The notes under the pieces were generated by a model that made no database searches, was not told the DNA's origin, and saw only the letters and a program-made list of their open reading frames with translations. Shown here piece after piece: positions 8,881-16,857 of a stretch of 32,752 nucleotides of DNA; within the stretch, counting starts at the first letter, position 1; every line of letters begins with the position of its first letter. The stretch is from an uncultured Gallionella sp. GTDB lineage: Bacteria > Pseudomonadota > Gammaproteobacteria > Burkholderiales > Gallionellaceae. The stretch lies in assembly GCA_964499395.1 (NCBI GenBank), contig CAZCKZ010000001.1:7345-40096 (forward strand). The letters run 5' to 3'. The position numbers and the translations under genes were made by a program.

Positions 8881-10601
8881 GTTTTACGCTGCACGGGATA
8901 TCGGTTTCCAGCGGCATTGCCATCGGCTATGCCCACCTGATTTCGCATACCTCACTGGATGTGGCGCATTACGCGCTGCCGAAGAAATTCATTGATGAAG
9001 AAATTGCGCGTTTTGATACCGCGCTGTTGGCAACGCGCAACGAATTCGCCAGCATGCGCAGCAATCGCCCGACTTATGCCGCGGCAGAATTCGATGCATT
9101 CCTCGAGTTGCATCAGATGATTCTGGACGACCCGTTGCTGAGTGTCGCGCCGCGCGAGATGATCGCCAACGAGCAATGCAACGCCGAATGGGCGCTCAAG
9201 GTGCAGACGGAAACACTGGTTGCGCAGTTTGACGAGTTCGAGGATGCCTATTTGCGCGAGCGCCGGACCGATGTGACGCAAGTGGCGGAACGGCTGCTCA
9301 AGCAATTGCTCGGGCAACCCGGACACCAGCCTCCTTCCGCGCGTCACGATGTCGAGACGATACTGGTGGCACATGACTTGAGCCCCGCAGATCTGATTCT
9401 GTTCAAGCCGCATCAATATGCGGCATTCATCACCGATGTGGGCGGTGCAACATCGCACACCGCGATCGTTGCACGCAGTCTGAACACGCCGTGCGTGGTG
9501 GGTCTGCACCATGCGAGGCAGCTGATTCGCGAGGACGATCTGCTGATTCTGGACGGCGAGCAGGGCGTGTTGATCGTCAATCCGGACAAGCTGATCCTCG
9601 CCGAATACAAGCTGCGCCAAAGCGCATGGGAACTTGAACGCAAGAAACTGAAACGGCTGCGTACCGCGCGCGCCAACACGCTGGACGGAACAGTCATCGA
9701 GTTGTATGCCAACATCGAGAAGCCGGAGGATATAGACGAGGTGAAAGCAAACGGCGCGACCGGAATTGGATTGTTTCGCAGCGAATTCCTGTTTCTCAAC
9801 CGCGACAACTTGCCGGACGAGGAAGAACAGTTCGAGGCTTATCGTGCAGCTTCGGCCGGCATGGAAGGCCAGCCCGTCACCATCCGCACTTTCGATCTGG
9901 GCGGGGACAAACAGCTGAGCGGAATAAAGCGTGTCGCCAACAATCCGGCGCTGGGGTTGCGCGCAATCCGTTTTTGTCTGGCTGAACCGCAATTATTCAG
10001 CACCCAGATGCGTGCGCTGTTGCGCGCCTCGCATTATGGCAACGTCAAAATACTGATACCGATGTTGTCGGGTGTTTCCGAACTCAACCAGACGTTGCAG
10101 TTCATCGCGGCGACCAAACAAAATCTGGATGATGAGGGCATTCCCTATGACCGCGAAATAAAGATCGGCGGCATGATCGAAATTCCTGCCGCGGCGCTGG
10201 CGCTCAATGTGTTCGCCAAGAAGCTGGACTTTCTGTCCATTGGCACAAACGATTTGATCCAGTACACCCTTGCGATAGACCGAACCGACGAAGAAGTCGC
10301 GCATCTCTATGATCCGCTGCATCCCGCCGTGCTGCATTTGCTGTCGCACGTCATCGCTACTTCGAATAGACTCGGCGTGCCGATCTCCGTGTGCGGTGAA
10401 ATGGCCGGTGAATTGGCCTACACACGTTTGTTGCTGGGATTTGGATTGCGCCAGTTCTCGATGTTTTCGGCGCAAGTGCCCAACGTCAAACAGCGCGTAC
10501 TCACCACCAGCCTGCACGAAATCGCTTCATTTACACAGAAGATCCTGCGTGCCGACGACCCGATGAAGATCCGCGAGCTATTGGACAAGCTCAATGCCTA
10601 G
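8877..10601 (+). CDS. ptsI: PEP-protein phosphotransferase, PTS enzyme I
   Basis: GGATSHTAIVARS, GLFRSEFLF, SIGTNDLIQY and CGEMAG motifs. Confidence 0.96.
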   Translation: MSFTLHGISVSSGIAIGYAHLISHTSLDVAHYALPKKFIDEEIARFDTALLATRNEFASMRSNRPTYAAAEFDAFLELHQMILDDPLLSVAPREMIANEQCNAEWALKVQTETLVAQFDEFEDAYLRERRTDVTQVAERLLKQLLGQPGHQPPSARHDVETILVAHDLSPADLILFKPHQYAAFITDVGGATSHTAIVARSLNTPCVVGLHHARQLIREDDLLILDGEQGVLIVNPDKLILAEYKLRQSAWELERKKLKRLRTARANTLDGTVIELYANIEKPEDIDEVKANGATGIGLFRSEFLFLNRDNLPDEEEQFEAYRAASAGMEGQPVTIRTFDLGGDKQLSGIKRVANNPALGLRAIRFCLAEPQLFSTQMRALLRASHYGNVKILIPMLSGVSELNQTLQFIAATKQNLDDEGIPYDREIKIGGMIEIPAAALALNVFAKKLDFLSIGTNDLIQYTLAIDRTDEEVAHLYDPLHPAVLHLLSHVIATSNRLGVPISVCGEMAGELAYTRLLLGFGLRQFSMFSAQVPNVKQRVLTTSLHEIASFTQKILRADDPMKIRELLDKLNA

Positions 10602-10857
10602 CAGGATGTTGAGAAACTACTGATGAAACAACTAGCCATCTGACCAGGCTGCCAAAATACACCAGCCAAGTCATTGGTTATGCGCTCGGCAAAACTGTGT
10701 TGTTCAAGGGCTCAAAATGTGGAGATGTGCAGCGGCAGACTGGCTGTAAACTCCGCTTTTTGCGAGTTGGTCGGGCAAACCGACCATCCCTGCTTAACCC
10801 GATTCGCCCTTTCGCGCCTTGTTCTGCCATCGCTCGCGACGTTTTTCAACACCCTGT
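10601..10857. mobile_element. MITE-like non-autonomous element
   Basis: Imperfect terminal inverted repeats: left GCAGGATGTTGAGAAAC, right (reverse complement) ACAGGGTGTTGAAAAAC. TA on both outer sides, several internal hairpins, no transposase. Confidence 0.75.
10622..10681 (+). repeat. Small hairpin element, copy A (nested in the MITE)
   Basis: GATGAAACAACTAGCCATCTGAC-hairpin-GTCATTGGTTAT; matches 13510-13563 on the minus strand. Confidence 0.7.
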
Positions 10858-11615
10858 TAAAATTCGTATTCGACCTGCATTCTGAAAGTCTGATTCGGCG
10901 CGGCGTTGCCCGTGCCAAACAGCCAGGCCGCGTTGTACCTGATTGCCCGGCGGTTGCCGAGCGCGAGTTTGCCGAAGACAGCCGGTCCGATGCGGTGGCT
11001 CTGGTCGGCCCGTTTGTCCCAGTCGTTCCATTTCCCCATATCGCCCATACCCTGCACGCCGAATTCCAGAATCTGCCGCCAGCGGTATTTGGCCTGCCAC
11101 TGGTAACTGAAGTTGGTGCTGTACGGCACGCCGCTTTCATCCGCTTTTCCGAAGGCGCGTTCAAAAAGCAGGTTGCCGTTCAACTGGAGCCTGCCGTATT
11201 CGGTCTGGAATAAGGGACCGAACTTGAATTCCCATGGAGCGTTGGCGCTCAAAGGTGCTTCCAGCTCTGTGATGAGCCCGAAATCGACCGGGTATTCACC
11301 GGTGTCGGTGAGCTGGAACTTGTTTTCCCATTCGGCCAGATTGGCAATATCGTTACCGTTGCGTTCCTGTTTCAAATAGATCTCGGTGAACCAGTATTCT
11401 GTTGCGCCGTAACCGTAACCGATGCTGGCACCCTGCTCGCGATTTCCGGCCAGAGAAGAGGTTGCGCCTGCCTTGACGTCGATCTCGCGTTCGCCGTATT
11501 CGACTGCGGGGGTATAGACATAATCCGCGGCGCCGGCGAAAACATCCCGGGCGAAAACGATTCCGCAGAGCAGGATGAGTAATGAAAGATTTCGGGACAA
11601 CAGGGAATTGTTCAT
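10857..11615 (-). CDS. Putative outer-membrane beta-barrel protein of the FTR1 operon
   Basis: Signal peptide, alternating amphipathic aromatic-rich strands, C-terminal FRMQVEYEF beta-signal. Confidence 0.75.
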   Translation of the reverse strand: MNNSLLSRNLSLLILLCGIVFARDVFAGAADYVYTPAVEYGEREIDVKAGATSSLAGNREQGASIGYGYGATEYWFTEIYLKQERNGNDIANLAEWENKFQLTDTGEYPVDFGLITELEAPLSANAPWEFKFGPLFQTEYGRLQLNGNLLFERAFGKADESGVPYSTNFSYQWQAKYRWRQILEFGVQGMGDMGKWNDWDKRADQSHRIGPAVFGKLALGNRRAIRYNAAWLFGTGNAAPNQTFRMQVEYEF

Positions 11616-11628
11616 GGTTATGCCGGTT

Positions 11629-12447
11629 TCAGATGGAAGTTTGTTGCGGACGGGCGGCCAATTTCATCCCGATAAAGATGGTGATCAGCGCTGTCAGGTA
11701 GAAAACGATCTGCATGCCTGCGGGACGGGAATCGTAGCCGATCAGGCTGTGCAGCAACATGCCGGGCAACCCGCTTTCCGGCAGCACCGCCGAGGTGTCC
11801 CACAACGGTGCGGCCAGGCTGGGCAACAAATCCGCCTGGATCAGAAAATGCGCGGCCTGTGAGGCCATGCCGGCCGCCAGCAGCAGCACCAGTATCCCGG
11901 TTGCGGTAAAGAACCAGCGCATCGGCACACGCAGCAGGCCTGCATAAAGCGTGTAACCGACCGCGATGCCTGCCAGCATCCCGATCATGCCGCCGAGCAT
12001 CATCGAAGACTGCCCGCCGTCATTCGAGGCGGCGATGCCGTAGAGGAACAACACGGTTTCCGAACCTTCCCTGAGTACCGCGATTCCGACGATGACCAGC
12101 AATATCGAGCACTCGCTGGTCCCGTCGGAGATGTTCCTGCCCACGGATTTTGCGCTCGCGGCCAAAGCCGCGCCGTGTGACGACATCCAGATGTTGTGCC
12201 AGGCCAGCATCACCACCGCGATGCCAAGCACGATGGAATTGAAGATTTCCTGGCCTATACCGTTGGCCAGCGATCCGATCACATCGGTAAAGGCGGCAAC
12301 CAGCCCTGAGCCGGCCAGTCCTGCAATCACTCCGGCAATCAGCCAGCGTCTGCTGTTGGGTACGCTGCGTGTCGCGGCAGCAAGGATTCCGATGATCAGG
12401 GAAGCTTCCAGTACTTCCCGAAATACGATGATGGCCGTTGCGAACAT
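11629..12447 (-). CDS. FTR1-family iron permease (EfeU/FtrC-like)
   Basis: Two RExxE motifs (REVLE, REGSE) and about seven TM helices; start reassigned to ATG 12447 with AGGAG RBS. Confidence 0.93.
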   Translation of the reverse strand: MFATAIIVFREVLEASLIIGILAAATRSVPNSRRWLIAGVIAGLAGSGLVAAFTDVIGSLANGIGQEIFNSIVLGIAVVMLAWHNIWMSSHGAALAASAKSVGRNISDGTSECSILLVIVGIAVLREGSETVLFLYGIAASNDGGQSSMMLGGMIGMLAGIAVGYTLYAGLLRVPMRWFFTATGILVLLLAAGMASQAAHFLIQADLLPSLAAPLWDTSAVLPESGLPGMLLHSLIGYDSRPAGMQIVFYLTALITIFIGMKLAARPQQTSI

Positions 12448-12457
12448 GACACTTCTC

Positions 12458-12769
12458 CTAATGGGCGATGATGACACCGTGGGCGGTGGCTGAATGAAAT
12501 TCTCCGGTGAACGGGTAGCGCCCCGCTTCGAGGGGGCCGATGAAAATCGTCGCGGTGCCGTGTCCGGTGATCACTTTTTCCCGGTTCAGTGCATAGCTGT
12601 CGAATTCCTCGGGGGTGGCATCCTGATTCTCGATCCTGAGCCTGATCTTCGTGCCGGACGGAATCGTGAACTCGGCCGGCTGGAATTTATGGTCCTTGAT
12701 TGTCAGCGTATATTCGTCAGCATGTGCAGCGATTGGCAGCAGCAGTGCAACAAGCAACAGGTGTTTCAA
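12458..12769 (-). CDS. Periplasmic cupredoxin-domain protein (FtrB / EfeO N-terminal-like)
   Basis: TTG start with AGGAG RBS, signal peptide, FQPAEFTIPSG, ENQDATPEEFDS, EKVI and GRYPFTGEFH motifs. Confidence 0.88.
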   Translation of the reverse strand: MKHLLLVALLLPIAAHADEYTLTIKDHKFQPAEFTIPSGTKIRLRIENQDATPEEFDSYALNREKVITGHGTATIFIGPLEAGRYPFTGEFHSATAHGVIIAH

Positions 12770-12791
12770 AGCGATCTCCTCGGTAATTGCT

Positions 12792-12815
12792 GCGAATGAT
12801 AATCGTTCTCATTTG
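12792..12815. promoter_or_regulatory. Fur box
   Basis: AATGATAAT-C-GTTCTCATT imperfect 9-1-9 palindrome between fur and the divergent iron-uptake operon. Confidence 0.85.
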
Positions 12816-12868
12816 TATTTGCAACAGGTTTCTGGCATGATGCTTTCAAACAGTTGCGAGGTATCGAC

Positions 12869-13294
12869 ATGCACCAACCCGAACATCTCAAGAACGCCGG
12901 TCTAAAATCCACGTTGCCGCGGCTCAAGGTGCTGGATCTGTTCGAAAACAGCGAAGAACGCCATTTGAGCGCTGAAGATGTTTACAGGCAGTTGCTCAAC
13001 AGCGGAGAGGATGTGGGTCTGGCAACGGTGTACCGGGTGCTCACACAGTTCGAGCAGGCTGGGCTGCTGGTGCGCCACTATTTCGAGGGCGGCAAGTCGG
13101 TGTTTGAACTGAACAAGGGCGAGCATCACGACCACATCGTTTGTCTGCAATGCGGACATGTCGAGGAGTTCTACGATGCGGCCATCGAAACACGCCAGGA
13201 AAAAGTCGCCACAGAGCTGGGTTTCGCCATACGCGATCACGCGCTGCATATCTATGCGGATTGCACCAAAAAGAAATGTCCGCACAGGCGCTGA
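12869..13294 (+). CDS. fur: Ferric uptake regulator
   Basis: GLKSTLPRLKVL, HLSAEDVY, GLATVYRVLTQFEQAG and HHDHIVCLQCG motifs; ATG 12869 follows GAGG. Confidence 0.95.
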   Translation: MHQPEHLKNAGLKSTLPRLKVLDLFENSEERHLSAEDVYRQLLNSGEDVGLATVYRVLTQFEQAGLLVRHYFEGGKSVFELNKGEHHDHIVCLQCGHVEEFYDAAIETRQEKVATELGFAIRDHALHIYADCTKKKCPHRR

Positions 13295-13322
13295 AATAGC
13301 GCGGCCGAGGGATTCGCGATTA

Positions 13323-13351
13323 TTGACAGGCAACCCCAAAACGCGGAAACT
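13323..13351 (+). promoter_or_regulatory. Putative sigma70 promoter of the metX leader
   Basis: TTGACA-17 bp-GAAACT; the predicted start near 13358 coincides with the 5' end of the aptamer. Confidence 0.6.
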
Positions 13352-13356
13352 GCATT

Positions 13357-13415
13357 CCAGTGCCGATTTGACATCAGCTTGCGGGGCACTTTAAACATAC
13401 CAGCTAAAGCGAAAT
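13357..13415 (+). ncRNA. SAM-II (SAM_alpha) riboswitch aptamer
   Basis: P1 AGTGCC/GGCACT, conserved GATTTG, GCTTGC pairing with GC(T)AA(A)GC as a pseudoknot, A-rich linker; upstream of metX. Confidence 0.85.
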
Positions 13416-13453
13416 AACCCGCTCTAGCCGCAAGCTGTGCGGGTTTTGTTTTT
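13416..13453 (+). terminator. Intrinsic terminator / riboswitch expression platform
   Basis: AACCCGC...AGC-CGCAA-GCT...GCGGGTT followed by TTGTTTTT. Confidence 0.75.
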
Positions 13454-13509
13454 GGCTGACTAATGAGTCTCGAAATTTGTTTTGCGGAGTAATGCGCAAA
13501 AGGCCGCAT

Positions 13510-13563
13510 ATAACCAGCGACCTGCCCGCTTGCGGGCTTAGTCGAATGGCTGGTGGTTTTATC
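13510..13563 (-). repeat. Small hairpin element, copy B
   Basis: Reverse complement GATAAAACCACCAGCCATTCGACTAA-GCCCGCAAGCGGGC-AGGTCGCTGGTTAT; same ends and fold as copy A. Confidence 0.7.
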
Positions 13564-13645
13564 AGCGAATGACGGGGCATATCTGGCTGGATAGACGAGG
13601 ATTGAGCGAGCACGCGACACTGCGATTTGCCCGCAAAACAAATTT

Positions 13646-14779
13646 ATGAACAACTCTGTCGGCATCGTCACTGCGCAGCGCGCATCATTCGACACTCCGC
13701 TCACTTTCAGGAGCGGCGCGGTGCTGCCACGCTACGAACTGGCGTACGAGACGTACGGCACGCTGAATGGGGACAAGTCCAACGCGATCCTGGTGTGCCA
13801 CGCGTTGTCCGGCCATCACCATGTGGCGGGGCAATATGCCGGTGACCCAAAAAACACCGGCTGGTGGGACAACATGATCGGCCCCGGCAAGCCGGTCGAT
13901 ACCGGCAGATTTTTTGTCATCGGTGTGAACAATCTCGGCGGTTGCCACGGCTCGACCGGTCCCTCCAGCCTCGATCCGCAAACCGGCAAGCCTTACGGCG
14001 CGAATTTTCCGGTCGTGACGGTGGAGGACTGGGTGGAGTCGCAGGCACGTCTGGCCGATCAGCTCGGCATCAAACAATTCGCGGCGGTGATGGGTGGCAG
14101 CCTGGGCGGGATGCAGGCAATACAGTGGTCGCTGTCATTTCCCGAACGCGTGCGACACGCGCTGGTAATCGCCGCCGCACCGCACCTGACCGCGGAGAAC
14201 ATCGCCTTCAACGATGTGGCGCGCAACGCGATCCTGACCGACCCGGATTTCCACGGCGGGAATTTTTACGAACATGGCGTGGTGCCGAAGCGCGGCCTGC
14301 GGCTGGCGCGGATGCTCGGCCACATCACCTACCTGTCCGACGATGCGATGGCCGACAAGTTCGGGCGCAGCCTGCGTTCCGGCAAACTCGGTTACGGATA
14401 CGACATCGAGTTCGAGATCGAGTCCTACCTGCGCTATCAGGGCGACAAGTTCGCGTCGTATTTCGACGCCAACACCTATCTGCTGATGACCAAGGCGCTG
14501 GACTATTTCGACCCGGCACGCGCATACGACGGCAATCTCGACAAGGCGTTCTCGGCCGCGCAGTCCGATTTCCTGGTGGTGTCGTTTACCACCGACTGGC
14601 GTTTCGCGCCGGAACGTTCGCGCGAGATCGTCAATGCGCTGCTGCACAACCGCCGCAACGTGAGTTACGCCGAGATCGCCTCGACGCACGGGCACGACTC
14701 GTTCCTGATGCGGCACGAACACTACCACGACGTGATGCGCGCCTATCTTGACCGTATAGCCGGAGAATTTTCATCATGA
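13646..14779 (+). CDS. metX: Homoserine O-acyltransferase (acetyl versus succinyl not resolved)
   Basis: [31 protein letters not shown] nucleophile elbow, HGHDSFL. Confidence 0.96.
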   Translation: MNNSVGIVTAQRASFDTPLTFRSGAVLPRYELAYETYGTLNGDKSNAILVCHALSGHHHVAGQYAGDPKNTGWWDNMIGPGKPVDTGRFFVIGVNNLGGCHGSTGPSSLDPQTGKPYGANFPVVTVEDWVESQARLADQLGIKQFAAVMGGSLGGMQAIQWSLSFPERVRHALVIAAAPHLTAENIAFNDVARNAILTDPDFHGGNFYEHGVVPKRGLRLARMLGHITYLSDDAMADKFGRSLRSGKLGYGYDIEFEIESYLRYQGDKFASYFDANTYLLMTKALDYFDPARAYDGNLDKAFSAAQSDFLVVSFTTDWRFAPERSREIVNALLHNRRNVSYAEIASTHGHDSFLMRHEHYHDVMRAYLDRIAGEFSS

Positions 14780-15390
14780 GCGCGCACGATCCCGCCGAAC
14801 TCGCCGCCGCACGCCCGGATTTCGCCGCGATCGCGGCATGGATACCGCAGGGCGCATCGGTGCTCGATCTCGGCTGCGGCGACGGCAGTTTGCTGCGCTA
14901 CCTGAAGGACACCCGCAAAGTGCGCGGCTACGGCGTCGAGATCAGCGATGCGAACATCGTCGCGTGCATCCGCAACGGCGTGAACGTGATCCAGGGCGAC
15001 CTGGAATCGGGCCTGTCCGGTTTCGAGAGCAACGCGTTCGATTTCGTGCTGCTGTCGCAGACGCTGCAAGCCACGCGCCACACCGAACCGCTGGTCCAGG
15101 AAATGCTGCGCGTCGGGCGCGAGGGCATCGTCAGTTTCCCCAATTTCGGCTACTGGAAGAATCGGCTTAATGTGCTGCGCGGCAACATGCCGGTATCGGA
15201 AGCACTGCCCTACCAGTGGTACGACACGCCGAACGTGCATTTGTGCACCCTCCATGATTTTGAGGATTTTTGCCGCGACCTTGGTGTAATCGTGCTCGCG
15301 CGCCGCGTGATGACGGGGAGCAGCGAGGTGAAGGTGTTGCCCAATCTGCTCGGTAGCACCGCGGTGTACCGCTTCCAGCGCGGGATATAG
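14776..15390 (+). CDS. metW: Methionine biosynthesis protein MetW
   Basis: [24 protein letters not shown] and [12 protein letters not shown] motifs; ATGA overlap with metX. Confidence 0.95.
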   Translation: MSAHDPAELAAARPDFAAIAAWIPQGASVLDLGCGDGSLLRYLKDTRKVRGYGVEISDANIVACIRNGVNVIQGDLESGLSGFESNAFDFVLLSQTLQATRHTEPLVQEMLRVGREGIVSFPNFGYWKNRLNVLRGNMPVSEALPYQWYDTPNVHLCTLHDFEDFCRDLGVIVLARRVMTGSSEVKVLPNLLGSTAVYRFQRGI

Positions 15391-15404
15391 ATTTGATGAA
15401 CTTC

Positions 15405-15478
15405 AAAGTCCTCCGCACAACGTTGCGAGCGCATTTCGACGCAGTATCGCCAAGCGCAGTAGTTGTGAGAGGTGCTTT
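15405..15478 (-). repeat. Short internally deleted relative of the MITE
   Basis: Reverse complement contains AACTACTGCGCTTGGCGATACTGCGTCG, matching the MITE's AACTACT[insert]GCGCTCGGCAAAACTGTGTTG; inverted ends CCTCCGCACAAC / GTTGTGAGAGG. Confidence 0.55.
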
Positions 15479-16735
15479 GTGAGCGTCTGGCAACAGCTCT
15501 TCACCCGGCGCATGCTGATCTGCGTGTTCACCGGATTCGCTTCCGGCCTGCCGCTGTACCTGCTGCTCAATCTGGTGCCCGCCTGGCTGCGCACCGAGCA
15601 CATCGATCTCAAGGTCATCGGCGCATTCGCGCTGATCCAGTTTCCCTACACGTGGAAATTCCTCTGGGCGCCGCTGCTGGATCGCTATGCGGTACCGGCG
15701 TTTGGCCGCAGGCGCGGCTGGATGCTGCTGATGCAGGGCGCGCTGCTGGTGGTGATCGCGGTGCTGGGCGGCTTCTCGCCGCAAAAAGACCTGGCCATGA
15801 TCGTGCTGTTCACCACATTGCTGGCCCTGCTGAGCGCCACGCTGGACATCGCGCTGGATGCCTACCGCCGCGAATTGCTGTTCGACAACGAGCTCGGGCT
15901 GGGCAACGCGGTGCACGTGAACGCGTACCGCATCTCCGGACTGATTCCCGGCTCACTGGCGCTGATCCTCGCCGACCATCTGCCGTGGGACATGGTGTTC
16001 ATGATCACCGCGCTGTTCATGCTGCCCGGCATGGTGATGACGCTGATGGTCAGCGAGCCGCACCGGGCCGAGCCGCCCAGGACGCTGCGCGAAGCGGTGG
16101 TCGAGCCGTTCCATGAATTCATCACCCGCAAGGGTTGGCAAAGCGCATTGCTGATTTTGGCATTCCTGTTCTTCTACAAGCTCGGCGACAGCCTGTGCAC
16201 CTCGCTGGCCACGCCATTCTATCTCGACATGGGATTCTCCAAATCCCAGATCGGACTGATCGCCAAGAACGCCGGGCTTTGGCCGGCCGTGATCGGCGCG
16301 TTGCTCGGCGGCATCTGGATGCTGAAGATCGGCATCAACCGGGCGCTGTGGCTGTTCGGCGCGGTGCAGGTGGTGAGCATCTTCGGATTTTACTGGCTGG
16401 CGATACAGGGAGCGCAGCCGCAAGTGACCTCACTGCACCTCGCCCAGCTCGCGTTCGTGATCGGACTGGAAGCGTTCGGCGTGGGACTGGGCACGGCGGC
16501 CTTCGTGGCCTACATCGCCCATACCACCCATCCCTCTTACACCGCCACCCAGTTCGCGCTGTTCACCAGCCTCACCGCCGTGCCGCGCACCTTCGTCAAC
16601 GCCACGGCGGGCTGGCTTGCCGACCAGCTGGGCTGGAGCGGATTCTTCCTGCTGTGCGCGATATTGGCGGTACCCGGGATGTTGTTGCTGTTCAAGGTCG
16701 CGCCGTGGGGGGAGACAGCGGAATTACAATCATAG
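15479..16735 (+). CDS. ampG: AmpG-family muropeptide MFS transporter
   Basis: GFASGLPLYL, PYTWKFLWAPLLDRY, GRRRGW, DIALDAYRRE and ATQFALFTSL motifs. Confidence 0.88.
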   Translation: MSVWQQLFTRRMLICVFTGFASGLPLYLLLNLVPAWLRTEHIDLKVIGAFALIQFPYTWKFLWAPLLDRYAVPAFGRRRGWMLLMQGALLVVIAVLGGFSPQKDLAMIVLFTTLLALLSATLDIALDAYRRELLFDNELGLGNAVHVNAYRISGLIPGSLALILADHLPWDMVFMITALFMLPGMVMTLMVSEPHRAEPPRTLREAVVEPFHEFITRKGWQSALLILAFLFFYKLGDSLCTSLATPFYLDMGFSKSQIGLIAKNAGLWPAVIGALLGGIWMLKIGINRALWLFGAVQVVSIFGFYWLAIQGAQPQVTSLHLAQLAFVIGLEAFGVGLGTAAFVAYIAHTTHPSYTATQFALFTSLTAVPRTFVNATAGWLADQLGWSGFFLLCAILAVPGMLLLFKVAPWGETAELQS

Positions 16736-16739
16736 AGTC

Positions 16740-16816
16740 GCAGGGTGGGCAGACAGGATTTTCGTCTGCCCACGCGGTTTGGTAACAGCGTGGGCACAAA
16801 AACGTGCCCACCCTGC
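16740..16816. repeat. REP doublet (REPIN/BIME-like)
   Basis: GCAGGGTGGGCAGAC..GTCTGCCCACGC, a spacer, then the inverted GCGTGGGCAC..GTGCCCACCCTGC; between convergent genes. Confidence 0.85.
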
Positions 16817-16857
16817 TTGGCTAACTTTATGTTGTGCCGAAACCAGAATCTGGATTT

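Noticed and set aside
10674-11213. ORFs crossing the ptsI-barrel intergenic region
   Set aside because: They read through the MITE and overlap the barrel gene; no transposase motifs
6949-12769. Idea that ApbE flavinylation serves the FTR1 iron module
   Set aside because: Opposite strands, separated by PTS genes and a MITE, and no FMN-binding target protein is visible in the window
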